DNA from: Octopus vulgaris
Lineage: Eukaryota
Assembly: GCA_951406725.2 (NCBI GenBank)
Contig: OX597826.1
Location: forward strand, 61,132,001-61,196,000
Length of the DNA stretch: 64,000 bases
Reading direction: 5' to 3'
Part shown: positions 38,825 through 53,600 of the stretch, one piece after another
Numbering within the stretch: the first letter of the stretch is position 1
How the letters are laid out: the number at the start of each line of letters is the position of its first letter
Notes under the pieces: generated by a model
What the model was told of the DNA's origin: nothing
What the model saw: the letters and a program-made list of their open reading frames with translations, nothing else
The model's database searches: none
Made by a program: the position numbers and the translations under genes

Positions 38825-41800
38825 ATATGTTTGTGTGTCTGTGTTTGTCCCCCTAGCATTGCTTGACAACCGATGCTGGTGTGTTTATGTCCCCGTCACT
38901 TAGCAGTTCGGCAAAAGAGACCGATAGAATAAGTACTGGGCTTACAAAGAATAAGTCCCAGGGTCGATCTGCTCGACTGAAGGCGGTGCTCCAGCATGGC
39001 CGCAGTCAAATGACTGAAACAAGTAAAAGAGAGAAAGAGAAAGAGAGACATAAATTTCATATTCACAATCACTTGACTTACAAATCAGTTTAACTACCAA
39101 ATATATTAGTAATTAATTAATCACTTGACCCCAGCAATATAGACTTCCTCTTAGTTCCTCTCATGCAGTTGGCCAGTACATTGGGCAGCAAGACATCTCC
39201 AATAATACTAGTTTTGCAGACAGGCACCTACATCTTCCAGTTGTTCCAGATCTTCTTTGAAAGTGGCATGTCATGTCCTTCTAGGTTATCCTCTCTTTCT
39301 TCATCTTACTGTATAGCTGTGCTGGATATTTGTCCTTCTGGCAGTCAGAAAAAAAATGACCTGCAAATCTCACTTGTCTTTGTGCCAAAATCTCTTGCAG
39401 GTTGCACTGATTGACTCTTCCCAGAAGTTCAGAATTTGTGAATCTATCCCTGTAAGTGATCTTGAGTATTCTGCATAGATACCATTTAGGAATGCATTCA
39501 ACCTCTGAGTAATCTAGGCAACCATTCCAAGTTTCTCTTGCAGAGACTGTTGTTGGCAAAATAGCCATTAAATTAATTAATAATTAACTAGTTGCCTGCC
39601 TGATCATTATAACTACCAAATATATATGTATTAATCAGTTACCTGACTCAGCAAAAGGGCCACTAAATTTTCTCTTAGTACACGATACAGTGAACCAGTG
39701 AGAGAGCTTCTAAAGTGTCACACAGCCTGCTAGAAATAGCAGCTAAATCTCTATCGAACATTCTTCTGTCTTAAAGGAGGGACAAGGTACACATTAGTCC
39801 CAGACCTTAGACAAATTGTGTCAAGAACAAAAAAAGTTATGGGATAGTCATGACTGGAAAGTTTGCTGAATTAGGGATGATTTGAGGCTAACCAACAATA
39901 ACATGACAAAGTATTGTCAACAACACAAAGAGTAGGTTACCTTGGCCATGTCTTGTAGCAGAGCAATAATGTTACCAGCTTGGCACATTGTCATGTGACC
40001 TCTCAGCCACCATCTTGGACCTGTGGCTCTGGAAAAGAAAATATATTAAGCATTATATATATATAAAATATAGAAAGTTTACATGTCAATTTACTAAAAC
40101 TCCAGTGAACCGTAATATAATTAACTCAATCTGAATTTAATCATAAAAGAATCATAATTAAATTAGATTTATTATCATTATCATAATTATTGAGTTGCTT
40201 GCTCTTAACAATCACTACTACTTATATTACCTTAACAAAACCCAAACTACAACACATGCTCTCACCACTACTCCCTCAACAACCACCAATGTCCCACAAT
40301 ATATGCCACCACCACTACCAAACTCTTAGAGTAGACACCACCACACTCCAATAACATATACCACCACCCATAAAACACCACAAAGATCGCCAATACTCAA
40401 TGTACAGCATTACTACACTAACACCACTAATACACCACTGTCATACTACCACCACAAGCATACACCACCATGCCAGATCAGATCCCAACAATACTCCTCC
40501 AACATACTTCCACCACCACAACCAGCACAGTAACACAATTCACCACCACCACAACTACCACACAACCATCACAGTAACACACATCGCTACTACCACTACA
40601 ACTGCACAGCCATTACAGTAACATATATCACTACCACCACCACTACACTCCCAACACAATATACACTCCACCACCACTATCACACCTTCCCCACCACAAC
40701 TACAACATACCTGCTAGATGTGTGCTCAGCCAGACACTCTGCTAAGGTAACGGTGGTGATGCCTTTCTGGAACTGGTTACTTTTGACTTTGGTCTGGACA
40801 GCCAGTGCTTTACTGATGCAGGCCAAAAATACATCCAGGATGCAAGGCTTCTCAGAATCAAACTCTTCTTCGACAGACGGCTTGTTCGTCGAGTGCATAA
40901 TGTTGAAGTCTGTGGGTGGTAGATTTGGCACGAGAAGTAAGTCGGCCAAAGCTTGGGGGTGGACATCGGGAAGTACTCTTCTGATGACTGATGTCACCTG
41001 AAAAAAAAAACAAATTGAAGAACAGGTGGTGAATATCTGCAGTTTAGATTTTGTCGAGGTCAACTTGACCTTTCATCGTTTTGGGGTTGATAAATTAAGT
41101 ACCAGTCATGTATTGGAGTTGATGTAATCGACTAGACCCCTCCCCCAAAATTTCAGGCTTTGTGCCTATAGTAGAATGGATTATTATTATTATTATCATT
41201 AAGGCCTTGTACCTAAAAAAGAAGGGATTATTAAGACAAAGAGCTGGAAGAATCCTTAGCAACACCAGACAAAATGCTTAGTAGCATTTCTTCTGACCCT
41301 TTATGTCTTTACTTCAAATTATGCTAGGCCAGCTTTGCCTATCATCTTTTCAGGGTCAATAAAATAAGTACGAGCTAAGTACTGGGATTGATGTAATAAA
41401 CAAACTCTCTCCCCTAAAATTTGCTGGCCTTGAGCCAAAATTCCAAACCATTCTTATTACTATCATGAAACCCTGGTCCACACATTCATTGCTTTTTGTA
41501 GCAATAAAAAAACAATTCTTGTTATTATAGAGGGTTATGGTGAACAGAATTTTATAGAACGGTTCCTTATCATCATCATCATCATCATCATTTATAACCC
41601 TTTTCCATGTTGACATGGGTTGGAGTTTGACAGGAGCTGGCAAATCAGCTCTACTGTCAGTGGATAGCAGAATTGACAAAATGGTGCCTTATAGTATTCA
41701 GTCACCTCTCTTTCTATTCTCAGTTCAAATTCCATTGTAGTTGACTGAATCTCCAGCTTCTGATTGCAATACAATATGTACTTGTCAATAACATCTGTTA

Positions 41801-44608
41801 ATTCCCCTCCTGGGGTGGCACCCTTCCTTTCACTTTATTTTGTCTTGTAGATATCTTGGTGTAGTAATTTGTTTCATATGAAGAAAACCGTGACATCAAC
41901 CCTTTAAACACATTGGATAATGCAGGTATTATATAACACACTGAATACTAGACGGGAATGGTCATGGATGGAATGCCTTTGACCATATATCTACTTGATT
42001 ATGTTGGAGTTGGAACTAAACAACAATACCAATGACAACAGCAAATTAATGTAAATGAGCCAATGTTGGAGTATCTTCATAACCACTAGACTAGCTAGAA
42101 ACAATAACCAATGTAGTCACAGAGAACTCACTAAATAGATGGTATGGCCATGTTTGGATTAACTTTAACCACAGGTCTACTTCAATCAGATTTAATTTGT
42201 GGTTAAACAACAGCAACAATAAAAAAAATACTTTTAAACAAAATGAAATAAAACAAGAAATAAATATTGGCTTGTCATATAAATTCATTTCATTTCCATT
42301 TATTTTAAACATTTCCAAAGTTATTTGAATTAATATGAAAATTTATTTTTATCATAGTGTTTTACGGGTTTTTTGTAGCTTTTCTTTTACAAGTTTTGTT
42401 TATCATTTTTGAAGTTTGAATGAGCTTTACCACTTTCCAGACGTATGTAAATGGAGTGCCAAGTAGTAAAATAAAAGAAAAAAAATTTATCTGACAACCC
42501 ATATAAAACAGAAAAAAAACCATTTAGTTAGTCAGAAGAAATAGAAAAAAAAAATAAAGTGGAAGGAAAAAAGAAAAAGACAGACAAAATGGAAAAGAAT
42601 GTCTGTTCAAATGATCTTACTTGTCTTTGAACACGCGGAGATGCTGTATGGAGGAGGCTGAATAAGTCTTGAAGTAGTCCTGTTTGTTGAGCCAAATAAT
42701 TCCTGCCAACTGAGGAACCACTCAATGCTAGAACCATGGAGAGCAGTTCGAAGCAGTAAACATCAGATGAAGACCTATAGACACACAGACAAACAGACAA
42801 AATAAGTAACCATAACTGATTCCAAAGTGCTCAGTCTTTTTCAATCCCTATGCTGTATCCACCACACAAGAGCATTTAATTCTGTTTATTTTGATAATAA
42901 ATGTAATTTTTTTTTTTTTTTTACTATTTTACATTAATTTATCCATTCTAGCATTGATCAGATGGTTCATAGGTTAGAATAATTGCTTTAACACCCGGAT
43001 GGTGATTACCCCTTCCTATGACAAACTATTCAAAAACCAGTCACTGGACTTACACGATTTAAGTCCCATTGATGAACTTGCAGCCTGAAATACTTTCGTT
43101 TTGAAATCTTCCCCTAGATTATTGAGATCAAGATTGATACTTTCTATAGCATCATGGAATCTTTGCAAGTTGTTTGGTAATTTGAAGTTTGAAGCATTTA
43201 ACTTTTTGGGTACCTTAGGACCAGACTATTGACTTTTAGGCATTATTGAAAAATTCTTTTTTCCACACACTAGACGATGATCAGTCCTGCTCTCTGCTCC
43301 TCTCATGGCCCAAACAGTAGAAACATCTTTCATACCATGCTTTCTGATCAAAATATAATTTATGAGATGATAGTCCTTAGATCATGGATCCAGGTGGTTT
43401 TACATTTATTTTTCTGCTTAAACAGTGTTGGTAACAACCAGATTATTCTCGGTACAAAACGTCAAAAGAGCCACTCCATTTTTATTACATGTCGGCCTGA
43501 AACAAGCTATGAAATGTAGTCATTTCCAACTCTTGCATTGAGATCTCCCAATATGACCAACTTGTCAGAAATTGGTACTTTCCTCAATAATTGTACTAGA
43601 TTATCATAAAACTGTCCTACAGTTTCATCAGAATGAGACATTGTTGGTGCATAAATACTGGCAACAGGAAGAAACCTACCTTTTGTCAATTTTATACGGC
43701 ATGATATGGTTCATTCAGATATGCCACTTGGAAATTTTGCAATGGAGGATACTAATGAATTCTTGAGAGCAAACCAAACTCCAGAAGGTAGTATATTCAC
43801 AAGTAGGTTCATTTATTTGACCCTCACCAGAGAGATGAGTTTCAGAGAGCACAACTATATGAAGGGAATACTTTTAAAAGCTCACATGCAATAAGGGCAG
43901 TATGCCTTTCTGGCCTCTTGTTGAAATTATCATCTAGAAGTGTACGCATATTCCAACAGCCAAAATTCAGAGGATATATACATACACAAACATACATATA
44001 AAAGCCATTCCGTTATGAAACAGTTTAAGACATGTGCAAAACTAACACTAATGGAAAAATGTCCTACAGGACTTAAAAAGGAAGGTAGAGAGATAGAAAA
44101 TATGTATGTATATTAAAACACACAGATGTGTGTGTGTATAAAATATTATAGTCGGCACTAAGTTTCTGCAAGGAATCATTCTAGAAATATTACCAACCAA
44201 GATTTTGAATGATAAACTGTGAGACTGATCTACTGATCAGTAAGTTCCAACTAAACATCCAACTCACCTGCTTCCATCTATAGATGTAGATGATCGATTT
44301 AACAAACTGGCTTCCCACTCATCTCTCACACGTCGGGTCTCTTTCTTGATAGCCTGTACAATATGGGAGCATACCTGGAAAGCAACACAGACAGAGATTA
44401 GATTTCTATGCTTAAATCACATCATATGTAGGTTTCTCGATTAAAGGGAACAGGGTAGGTAATCAATAAGTATACTTCTCTTTCAGCCACTTGTACTGTG
44501 CTGTGTAGGGCCCTGACTAGCCATTCTTGATAGGCAACTGATACATGGTGTCTGTAGTGGTGTAGTAGCTATAGATATTAGAAGACATTCAATACCCCCC
44601 CCCCCCGG

Positions 44609-44641
<33 letters not shown>

Positions 44642-47600
44642 ATGTAGGATAAAATTTTTTCGAAAAAAATTTTATCAATGGCCAGCATGTTAAATAATAC
44701 CTTTAAAGGTTAAATTTATAAACAACTTATAAATAAGGACAAACAAAAAAATTTCTAATGCCAAATATGCCGAAATTAGACACATTGTCCATAACCATAT
44801 AATTTATCATAATACGCATGCTACTCAAAATAAGGTCGACAGAAATCTCTAAAACATTCCATTATTACCATATCGGACCAATTTCAGGGTTAGTTCATAA
44901 AAACCCTTCCTTCGTCAGTGATAAATGTGGAAAAGAAATAAATGAGATACTTACTCATACTCTTCCATGGGTATGAGTAAGTATGGTAATAATGGAATTT
45001 TTTAGAGATTTCTGTCGACCTTTTTTTTGAGTGATAAATTATATGGTTATGGACAGGGTGTCTAATTTCGGCATATTTGGCATTGGAAATTTTTTCGTTT
45101 GCCCTTATTTATAAGTTATATATATACATATATATTTATATGCATGTATATACAAGGTGCTGAAAAGTTCCTGGCTCTGGCTAAATGAAAATACAGGAGG
45201 ATCACTTAATTATGATTTTATTTAACATATTCCCCTCTCAGATTCGCACATTTATTGCAGTGGTCCTTCATGCTTTTTAAGCCCTATAAAAGAACTCGCA
45301 AGGTTGGGCCTCTAACCAGGCCTTTTGCAATAACGTCAAAGCCAGGAACTTTTCAGCACCCACTCAAATGCATGTATATATTAATAAAAGTCTTATTCAA
45401 AGAGTGTCGTTTGTTTCCAGTTCTCTACATAACTATGTCCAGGATATTTATTGTTTGATAGCCTGAATGATAAGTGCCACACTTGCAGACAGACAGAGTC
45501 TGAACCCAGGAAGGGCATCCAGCAATAGGAAACTGTCCCAATGTACTTTACTTTATATGACTCATGTAAGCATTGTAAAATGGTAAAGTAGACATTAAAA
45601 TAAGCTGATATATAATGTGTATGGAAAAGTGGATGTTAAAATGACAATGATAATTGGGAGGAGAGGGGGGGGATATATATGTATATGTGTGTATGCATGT
45701 ATAACAGGAAAGATAAGTTCAGGGTGTGTCACTCACTTGTTTTTGTAGATGGGACAACTTGCTACCTCGGCTAAACAAGATCCCTAACATGTGTTCTTTG
45801 AGATCATTGTCACGTGCTGTACCAGACTCTCCTCCATCGACCTCGCTAACTTTCTTCTCCTCAACTTTGTCCTCAGTGCAATCATCTGTGATCAAACGAC
45901 CAAACACCTGGAGAACAAAATTTCAAAAAGATATAAGCAGACTGTACAGTGTTGAAGGAAAATATGCAGGCGTACACAAGAATAACTTAGACCAATGAGT
46001 GAAACAGCTAAAACATAAGAATATGTTTTAAGGGAGATTTGGAAGCTATTTCCGGCTGGTTAATAATTATGAAGCAGGTCCCTCATTCTACCAGTTAATA
46101 TTCTGAAGCAGAGACAGGTGAAGGCCTGGGAGCTTGTTTAGTATTAGCTCATTTAATTACTTTGTAAGTCAATAATTAATTAATCGATTAATTACCTGTG
46201 ATGTTAATAAACGAAAGACTTTTAGGGTTTCTGCTTCACAATTATCCTGCTGCATTTTCAAAGGATTCTTCATGTTGTTTATGCGACAGTCACAGCCCTC
46301 AATCTCACCCAATACCTTGATTTGTCGCAGACGAAGGCTATTGTCGGGCCCCTTCATCTCCAACTTCATGTAACGGCACTTCTGATCAGGTAAATAACAG
46401 TTCACCCAACCAACATGTCGGGCTTCAATTTCAACCTAAAAATGGAAAGGAAAAGGAAATGGTTTGTTATAAGTGGGTTGATAAAATTAGTACCAGTCAA
46501 ATACTGGGGTTCAATAAAATCGATTTACCCACTCCCTTGAAATTGCTGACCTTGTGCCAAACTTTAAAACCAATATTTATCATAACATCGCAAGCACCAT
46601 CTGAATGTGATCAATGCCAGGCCAACCTGACTGGCTCCTGTGCCGGTGGAACATAAAAGGTACCCACTACACTCTTGGAGTGGTTGGCATTAGGAAGGGC
46701 ACCCAGCTGTAGAGACATTGCCCAAACAGATTGGCACCTGGTGCAGCCACTGGTTTTCCATACCTAAGTCAAACCGTCCAATCCATGCCAGCATGGAAAA
46801 CAGACGTTAAACGATGATGGTGATGATGATGATGATGAAAACAAATATAAATAATAAAGAGGAAACGATATCTGCGGCATAAAAGACGTACCTTTTTCTT
46901 CCAAAAAAAGGTGGCGGAAAAAAAATTACCCCAGGGCCAGTATGCAAAGCTGAGCCTCCCATAAGCTTATTTTTTCCCTGATGCCCACTCTTTCCTGAAT
47001 ATGAACTACTGAAATTGGGATGCATCTAATATACCTGAACATCAATTATGCCATCAAATACAGTAATAAAGAATGAGCATAACTTACCTGTCGTATTTTA
47101 TTCATCTCCTCAGCTGAAGGACCACAGAAGAACTGGATAAAAGAGACTTTATTCTGAAATGAACAAGAAAGGAGACGAATAATGAGATCCCTGTAACACG
47201 AACTATAGAAGATAAAGAAAAAAATCAGCTGACTGCAGGTACATATCACCACCGCATGCAAAACATGCTTCCTACAGTTTTTACTTGAGACATTTACTCA
47301 CAATATATGAGTTACTCAAGAGCCACAATACAAGATATTTGCCTAAAGTGCCATGAAGGGGCACTGAACCTGAAAGCACATGGTTATGAACTGAACTTAA
47401 TCACAGCTGTGCAAGCACCTATATATGTGTTTGTGTGTGCATGTATACACACACACACATGTGCGTGTGTGACTGCATGTGTGTATTGTGTTTATTCATG
47501 TAAAAGTTGCACTCCATATTAAACAGAAGTTGATACAAAACTTCTGTAAAACAAGGTTAATTAACCTTGTGTATAAGTCATATCATTGACTTTTGTTATC

Positions 47601-50600
47601 AAAGTACTGCTACTGAAGTCATGTAAAAAATGTGTGACTTAGACAAGATTAAATACTGTGTGTATGTTTGAGCACACACATATATATATATATGTATGTT
47701 AGTTGTCTTTCACTTCATTTTTATTTGTTTATTTAAATTACAGAAACTCATGTGTTGCCCTCTTGCTTTTTGGGTGTGTGAAGCAGGGCTCAGTTCAATA
47801 TGTGAAAATGTGGAATAAAGTACCTTACCCAAAATCAAGGGTTGACATCAGGAAAGTGTCCAAGAATTAGACCACAAACTCCTGAAGTATCCATCCAACA
47901 AATGACAGAATGCAAAAAGCAGAAGTAACAATGATGATGGTAAAGATGCAATTAGCATTGCACCATCTTTCAAGATTAATCGAAGTGTAGCATCTCTGTC
48001 TAGAAGCCATCAGTACTCGAGGTTGTACATTTTTGTGTTTGCTTGTGTACAGTTCTATACGTTATTACTAGTGGTAGCCCTGTATGTTATGAAAGAGATT
48101 CATTGTAATTATAATCTTAGCAGCATTATAGGCTCCTGGGCAAATCGATGCACTGGACCACTGAATCTGTGAGGACCCCAGGCAAGTGCCCAAAGTGCTC
48201 ATGTCTTAAGATAGTACTGTTCTCACTACCCTCAAGCACAAAATTTCTTCCTTCCAGGTGCTACCAGATAAGTCCTCTCTCTATCAGGTTCAAAATTTCA
48301 GAGCTGCAACAATTGAGGGAACAACAAAAAGTACGTCCAGAGTGACTGTAGAGATGCTTGGATAGAGGTGCTTAGATGTATTCTGGGTACAAGGACTAAG
48401 ATGGAGAAATGCCCAGTCCAACCTCCACATTGACAAAGAACACAAAACCCATACCGACATAGACACATATATACATATATATACATACAACATACAATTA
48501 CACTTACAGCTAAGTCTCTGGTGTTATCTATATGTGCAGCTATCAATCGTGCATGACACTGTGCTGTACACACAACATTAATAACTTTAGACTTGTTGCG
48601 ATCTTCATCTCCACTCTCCCAAAATGTTTCTGTTGAACAATCTGAAATGCAGAAAAAAAACAAGTTACATTTTGATGATGATGATGATGTCTTTGTAACG
48701 GGCAGTAGTTGGTGTGAGACTTTAGTGGCACTTGCTGCCATAGACTCTCAGAGATAAAACAGTCAGTATGTGTGTGATGTAAATGATCCACAGATTAATT
48801 AATTTCTTTCGAAAGAAATAAAAGGTTGCTCACCTGTTAGACTGGCAATCATACTCTGTCGGCTTGAAGCCCTGATGTCAGCTGATGCAGTCAAGTCTTT
48901 CCACAGACTCAGCATACTTGTTGACTGGTAACGATAAAACACAGTTAATTACTGATAGTGCATGCTAATTAAAGACAGTGTCATGGACTTGTTATACATT
49001 CCTAGGAAGGCATGTGCCCAACACAGGTTCAGTTTGGGGGTTAAACCACTTCACTTTTCATCACTTCCCCTAATTATCTGCAATCTCTCACCATCATAAT
49101 AAATGTCTTGGTCACACACCAAATTACCCAGCAACCCATCAAGTATTCCTGGCAAAACACACAAGCTTCAAATTACTCCCATCTCACACAAACTTCAAAT
49201 TACTCCCATCTCACACTCCCCAAAACTCCCTACCACCATATCTCTACTTGCAAACACACTAAACTACCAGGGACACAAAACAACAGCTTCCTGCTACAGA
49301 AAATTAAGGAGTAAAAAAACAGTTCAAACCTGAGCGTTTTCAGTGTTGTTATCTTCTGTGTCTTCGTCGTCAGACTTTACCAAGATTCTACTAATGTTAC
49401 TGAATACATGACTCTCATGTAGAAACTGATGGTCAGCCTGAGTGAAACGCAGACAGTAGCAGCGTACTGCCATTTGCTGGAGAGGACACAAAACATAGAA
49501 GACAGTGACAGTGATGATGATGACGATGAGCAAAGAATAGAGAAAAGTAAAATGCTATTATTGTTAGATTGGGTGAATTGTAAAAGTGTTGGGGAAAAAT
49601 GTGCTGTGACTATATATGTGTATGTATGTAATGTTAGTGTGTTCAACTTACCTGGAGACTAGTGCCAAGAGGGAGATGCATCATAACATCGGCAACTGTC
49701 TGCAAAAGGGTATGGAAGGTGACAGGTAATGGGTGGACTGCTGCTCCAGCTATCGCAACATCAGCAAGAGGATGATCACAAAGAGGGACATCCTAAAAAA
49801 TTAAAAAATACAATTTGTTTTTAAATATTGAATGAAAAAAATCTACTATAAAGAAAAAAAAGAAAAGAAATAAACTAACAAAAGATGTACAGCCTAGCAA
49901 GTGATTTGATCCCAGACCATGTGTTGGAACTGAAACAAGTGAGTCGTGAAAAAAACCATTTTAGCATTTCAAGAACTCAAACTGAACTATTTTGGTTAAT
50001 GACCTACTGCTATCATCTGTACTTGTGACATGTGTAGTTGAGATATTTCAGCAAGCAAAAGTTCAAACTGACCAAAACCCAGACCAGATAATCATGTCTC
50101 ATCATTGGTCAGGAAATCTGGCATGGAAAAATGACATTGGTTTGGGCAAATCCCCCAACAAGGTTGATTGAAAAACACTAAAATAAAATTTTCTTTTATC
50201 ATTAAATAAAATCTGGTTCTGTTTAATTCCCTTTTCATTTATTTCTTGGTGTCAAAGTTTACATTGCATCACTGCAAACTGATCACTGGAACAGTTCCAC
50301 TGCAACTGTGTGAAACTTAGTTAACCCTTTCGTTACTGTATTTCTGTTGAGATGCTCTGTGTTTCTTTCAATTACTTTAAATATTAATGAAGAATTTAGT
50401 AAAATAACTTGGTTATCATCCAGCTAGTGTTGGGAGCATAAATTGTGACTAAGGTTTGGTGGAAGATTTTAATTCAAAACTTATGAAAACAAGACATTTG
50501 TACTACAGAGCCGGTTTCAGCCGGGTTGGTAACGAAAGGGTTAATGATTAGTTCTAAGCCTCATGTATTTTCCCTTCTTTCTATAAAAGTCTGTGTATTC

Positions 50601-53600
50601 ATGTTGATTGACATTCATCACATTCTTTTGGTCTGCTTACAGCTTTGTATACATCACTGTCATCATTCCACTATTTTCTTATCCTTTTCCTTTTCTTCCT
50701 TCTTTTCTTGAAGGATAATTCTATATCTCTACAAACCCCATTAATGACATATAAGGTATTTTAGTACATTTCTGTCTTGTGATACAAGTCCTACAAAAAC
50801 TAAGAGATTTATAAAAAATCTATCAATAAATCAATAATACTCCTGCTCGGATATTCTTTGAATCAACAAAAATGTATCACACTTGACATATTAACAATAG
50901 CCAAATCTCCCTCCAGTAACACCCTATCATCTTGAACAATATAGTCCTAAAATATAGACTATCACTTAAGAAAAAAAAAAACAAAAAAAAAACAATGTAT
51001 AATATGAAATTATATTTGCATAAACAAGAGATGATCGGAGCTTGAAGATCTTTATCATAGGTTTGTCTGTTAATTCAGAGGTGACTAGAATATGATTTGA
51101 GAAAGATTTGTCTGCTATTTCTAGTAAGTAATTTCACTGGTTCATGATATTCCAAGTTGTGAGCCAGGGCATTGTATATTGAACTTCTGCATTTCTTAAT
51201 CTGAACCTCACTAGAGCACTCTTAAGGAATATCAACATGTGACACCTGTGTCGCAGTTTAGCTGCAGCTGTTGACAGAATGAAAACAAATGGTCAGTCTA
51301 CCTACAAATATAGGGGCTGCACACTATATTTTGTAAGGTTAACCTCACATAACAATGAGGGAAACAATGAAACAGTTCTTTTTTCACAGTGTTACCAGTA
51401 TTTGATGCCAGCTAAACTGTACTGTGGTACCCTTATATAGATAGGTGAACTGAGCCTTTTACAGTTACATCCAATATCATGAACATGGGCACAGTACAGT
51501 GTCATGATACAAACAACTGGTCCCTATATCATCATCATCATCATCATCATCGTTTAACATCCGTTTTCCATGCTGGCATGGGTTGGACGGTTTGACTGAA
51601 GACTGGAGAGCCAGCAACTACACCAGGCTCCAATCTGATCTGGCAATGTTTCTACAGCTGGATGCCCTTCCTAACACCAACCACTCCAAGAGTGTAGTGG
51701 GTGCTTTTTATGTGCCACCAGCATAGGAGCCAATCAGGCGGGCCTGGCATCGGTCACGTCCAGATGGTGCTTTTTACATGCCACCAGCACAAGAGCCAGT
51801 CAGGGGGTACTGGCATCGGCCATGATTGGTTGGTGCTTTTTACATGCCACCGGCACGGGAGCCAGTCAGGTGGACCTGGTATCGACCACATTCAGATGGT
51901 GCTTTTTACGTGCCACCGGCATGGAAACCAGTCAGGGGGCACTGATCACAGCTACGATATTGGTTTCACTTGACTCAGCAGGTCTTCTCAAGCATATCAT
52001 ATCACCCTACACAACAGGGGTATTCTTAGCAGGGCCGGACATGCATGGTTGTGATCTATATCCAAGCAATTCCAATGCAAATAAACAACTGGTCCCAATG
52101 AGCTTATCTATCTCCAAGCTACTCCACTGCAGACATCTGATACATTTGGTGCAATTATAAATGTGCATCAGATGCACAATGAGCAGTAAATCCATAACCC
52201 ACAAAACCATCTACCTGAACAATAACAAAGTACTCCTACTTGTGGTTAACTGCACCAAATTGCACTGGTTCATAGCACAATGACAGTCAGCTAGGACACA
52301 GACAAGATTAAGAGTTTTAAGAATTGAAGGGGTTTCAGTGAAACAACAGTGCAGGGAAGATTAGTAAAAAAAAATGAGGGAGCAGGAATCTGAGAGCAGG
52401 TGGGAAAGAATTTGTTTACCTCTTGGTCTTTTCTTTCTTTCTTCTCTTTCACTTGCTGCTCAGCTTCCTCTTCTTCCTCTTCCTCGTCATCATCATATGT
52501 TGGCGACAATGAAGACACAAAAAACCAGAGCAGGTCGTGGATGCAAGTAGCTTGGGTGACGGTCCTCACTAACCAGTTTAAACCCTGCGAAAGGAGAAAA
52601 AAAACCACAAATTACTATTATTTATTGGAATGTACTCACTAAGAAATTTAGAAGTTTAAAAGAAATTGTCTCTGTTTCAGGGGTTCTGCTACAGAATTAA
52701 AAGAGTTTGAAAACGCGGAGAAAAAAAAAAATTAGAGACATAAAAGGAAGAAAGGAAAAAAACAAAGATACAGAAAGAAAACATAGAGACAAAGATAAAG
52801 AGAGATGAAAAAGGGTATGTATCGCCACATAGTTAAAATAATCTAATGTCTGTGAGTGACCCTTTTCTACAAGAAAGCATAGTAGTTAACTCACTATACT
52901 ACCAGCATTTCTGTCAACAATTACATTAACCATCTCTACTGAGTCTGACCTTTTATGGAAAAAGTAAAACTATCAATTAATTTACACTACAGAACCAACT
53001 CTTTCTGCTATCATCTTCCTCTGGAAGAGTACTGCAGTACTCAGAAGAACAGCTTATTTGCTTATTTGTCTTTCAAACTGAATATCACACAGATAGAAGG
53101 AGAGAGAGCAATGGAAAGAAAACAGATAATGACGGAGGAGATTGACAGATACATAGATAGAAAGTTAGAGACTCCTACAGAAAGGAAATAGATAATGACG
53201 GAAGAGATTGACAGATACATAGATAGAAAGTTAGAGACTCCTACAGAAAGGAAACAGATAATGACGGAGGAGATTGACAGATACATAGATAGAAAGCTAG
53301 AGACTCCTACAGAAAGGAAACAGAAAATGACAGAGGAGACTGACAGACACATAGATAGAAAGATAGAGACTCCTACAGAAAGGAAACAGATAATGACGGA
53401 GGAGATTGACAGACACATAGATAGAAAGATAGAGACTCCTACAGAAAGGAAACAGATAATGACAGAGGGGACTGACAGACACATAGATAGAAAGTTAGAG
53501 ACTCCTACAGAAAGGAAACAGATAATGACGGAGGAGATTGACAGATACATAGATAGAAAGATAGGGACTCCTACAGAAAGGAAACAGAAAATGACGGAGG

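Noticed and set aside
49159-49216. 27-bp tandem duplication in an intron
   Set aside because: Simple two-copy slippage duplication with no functional signal.
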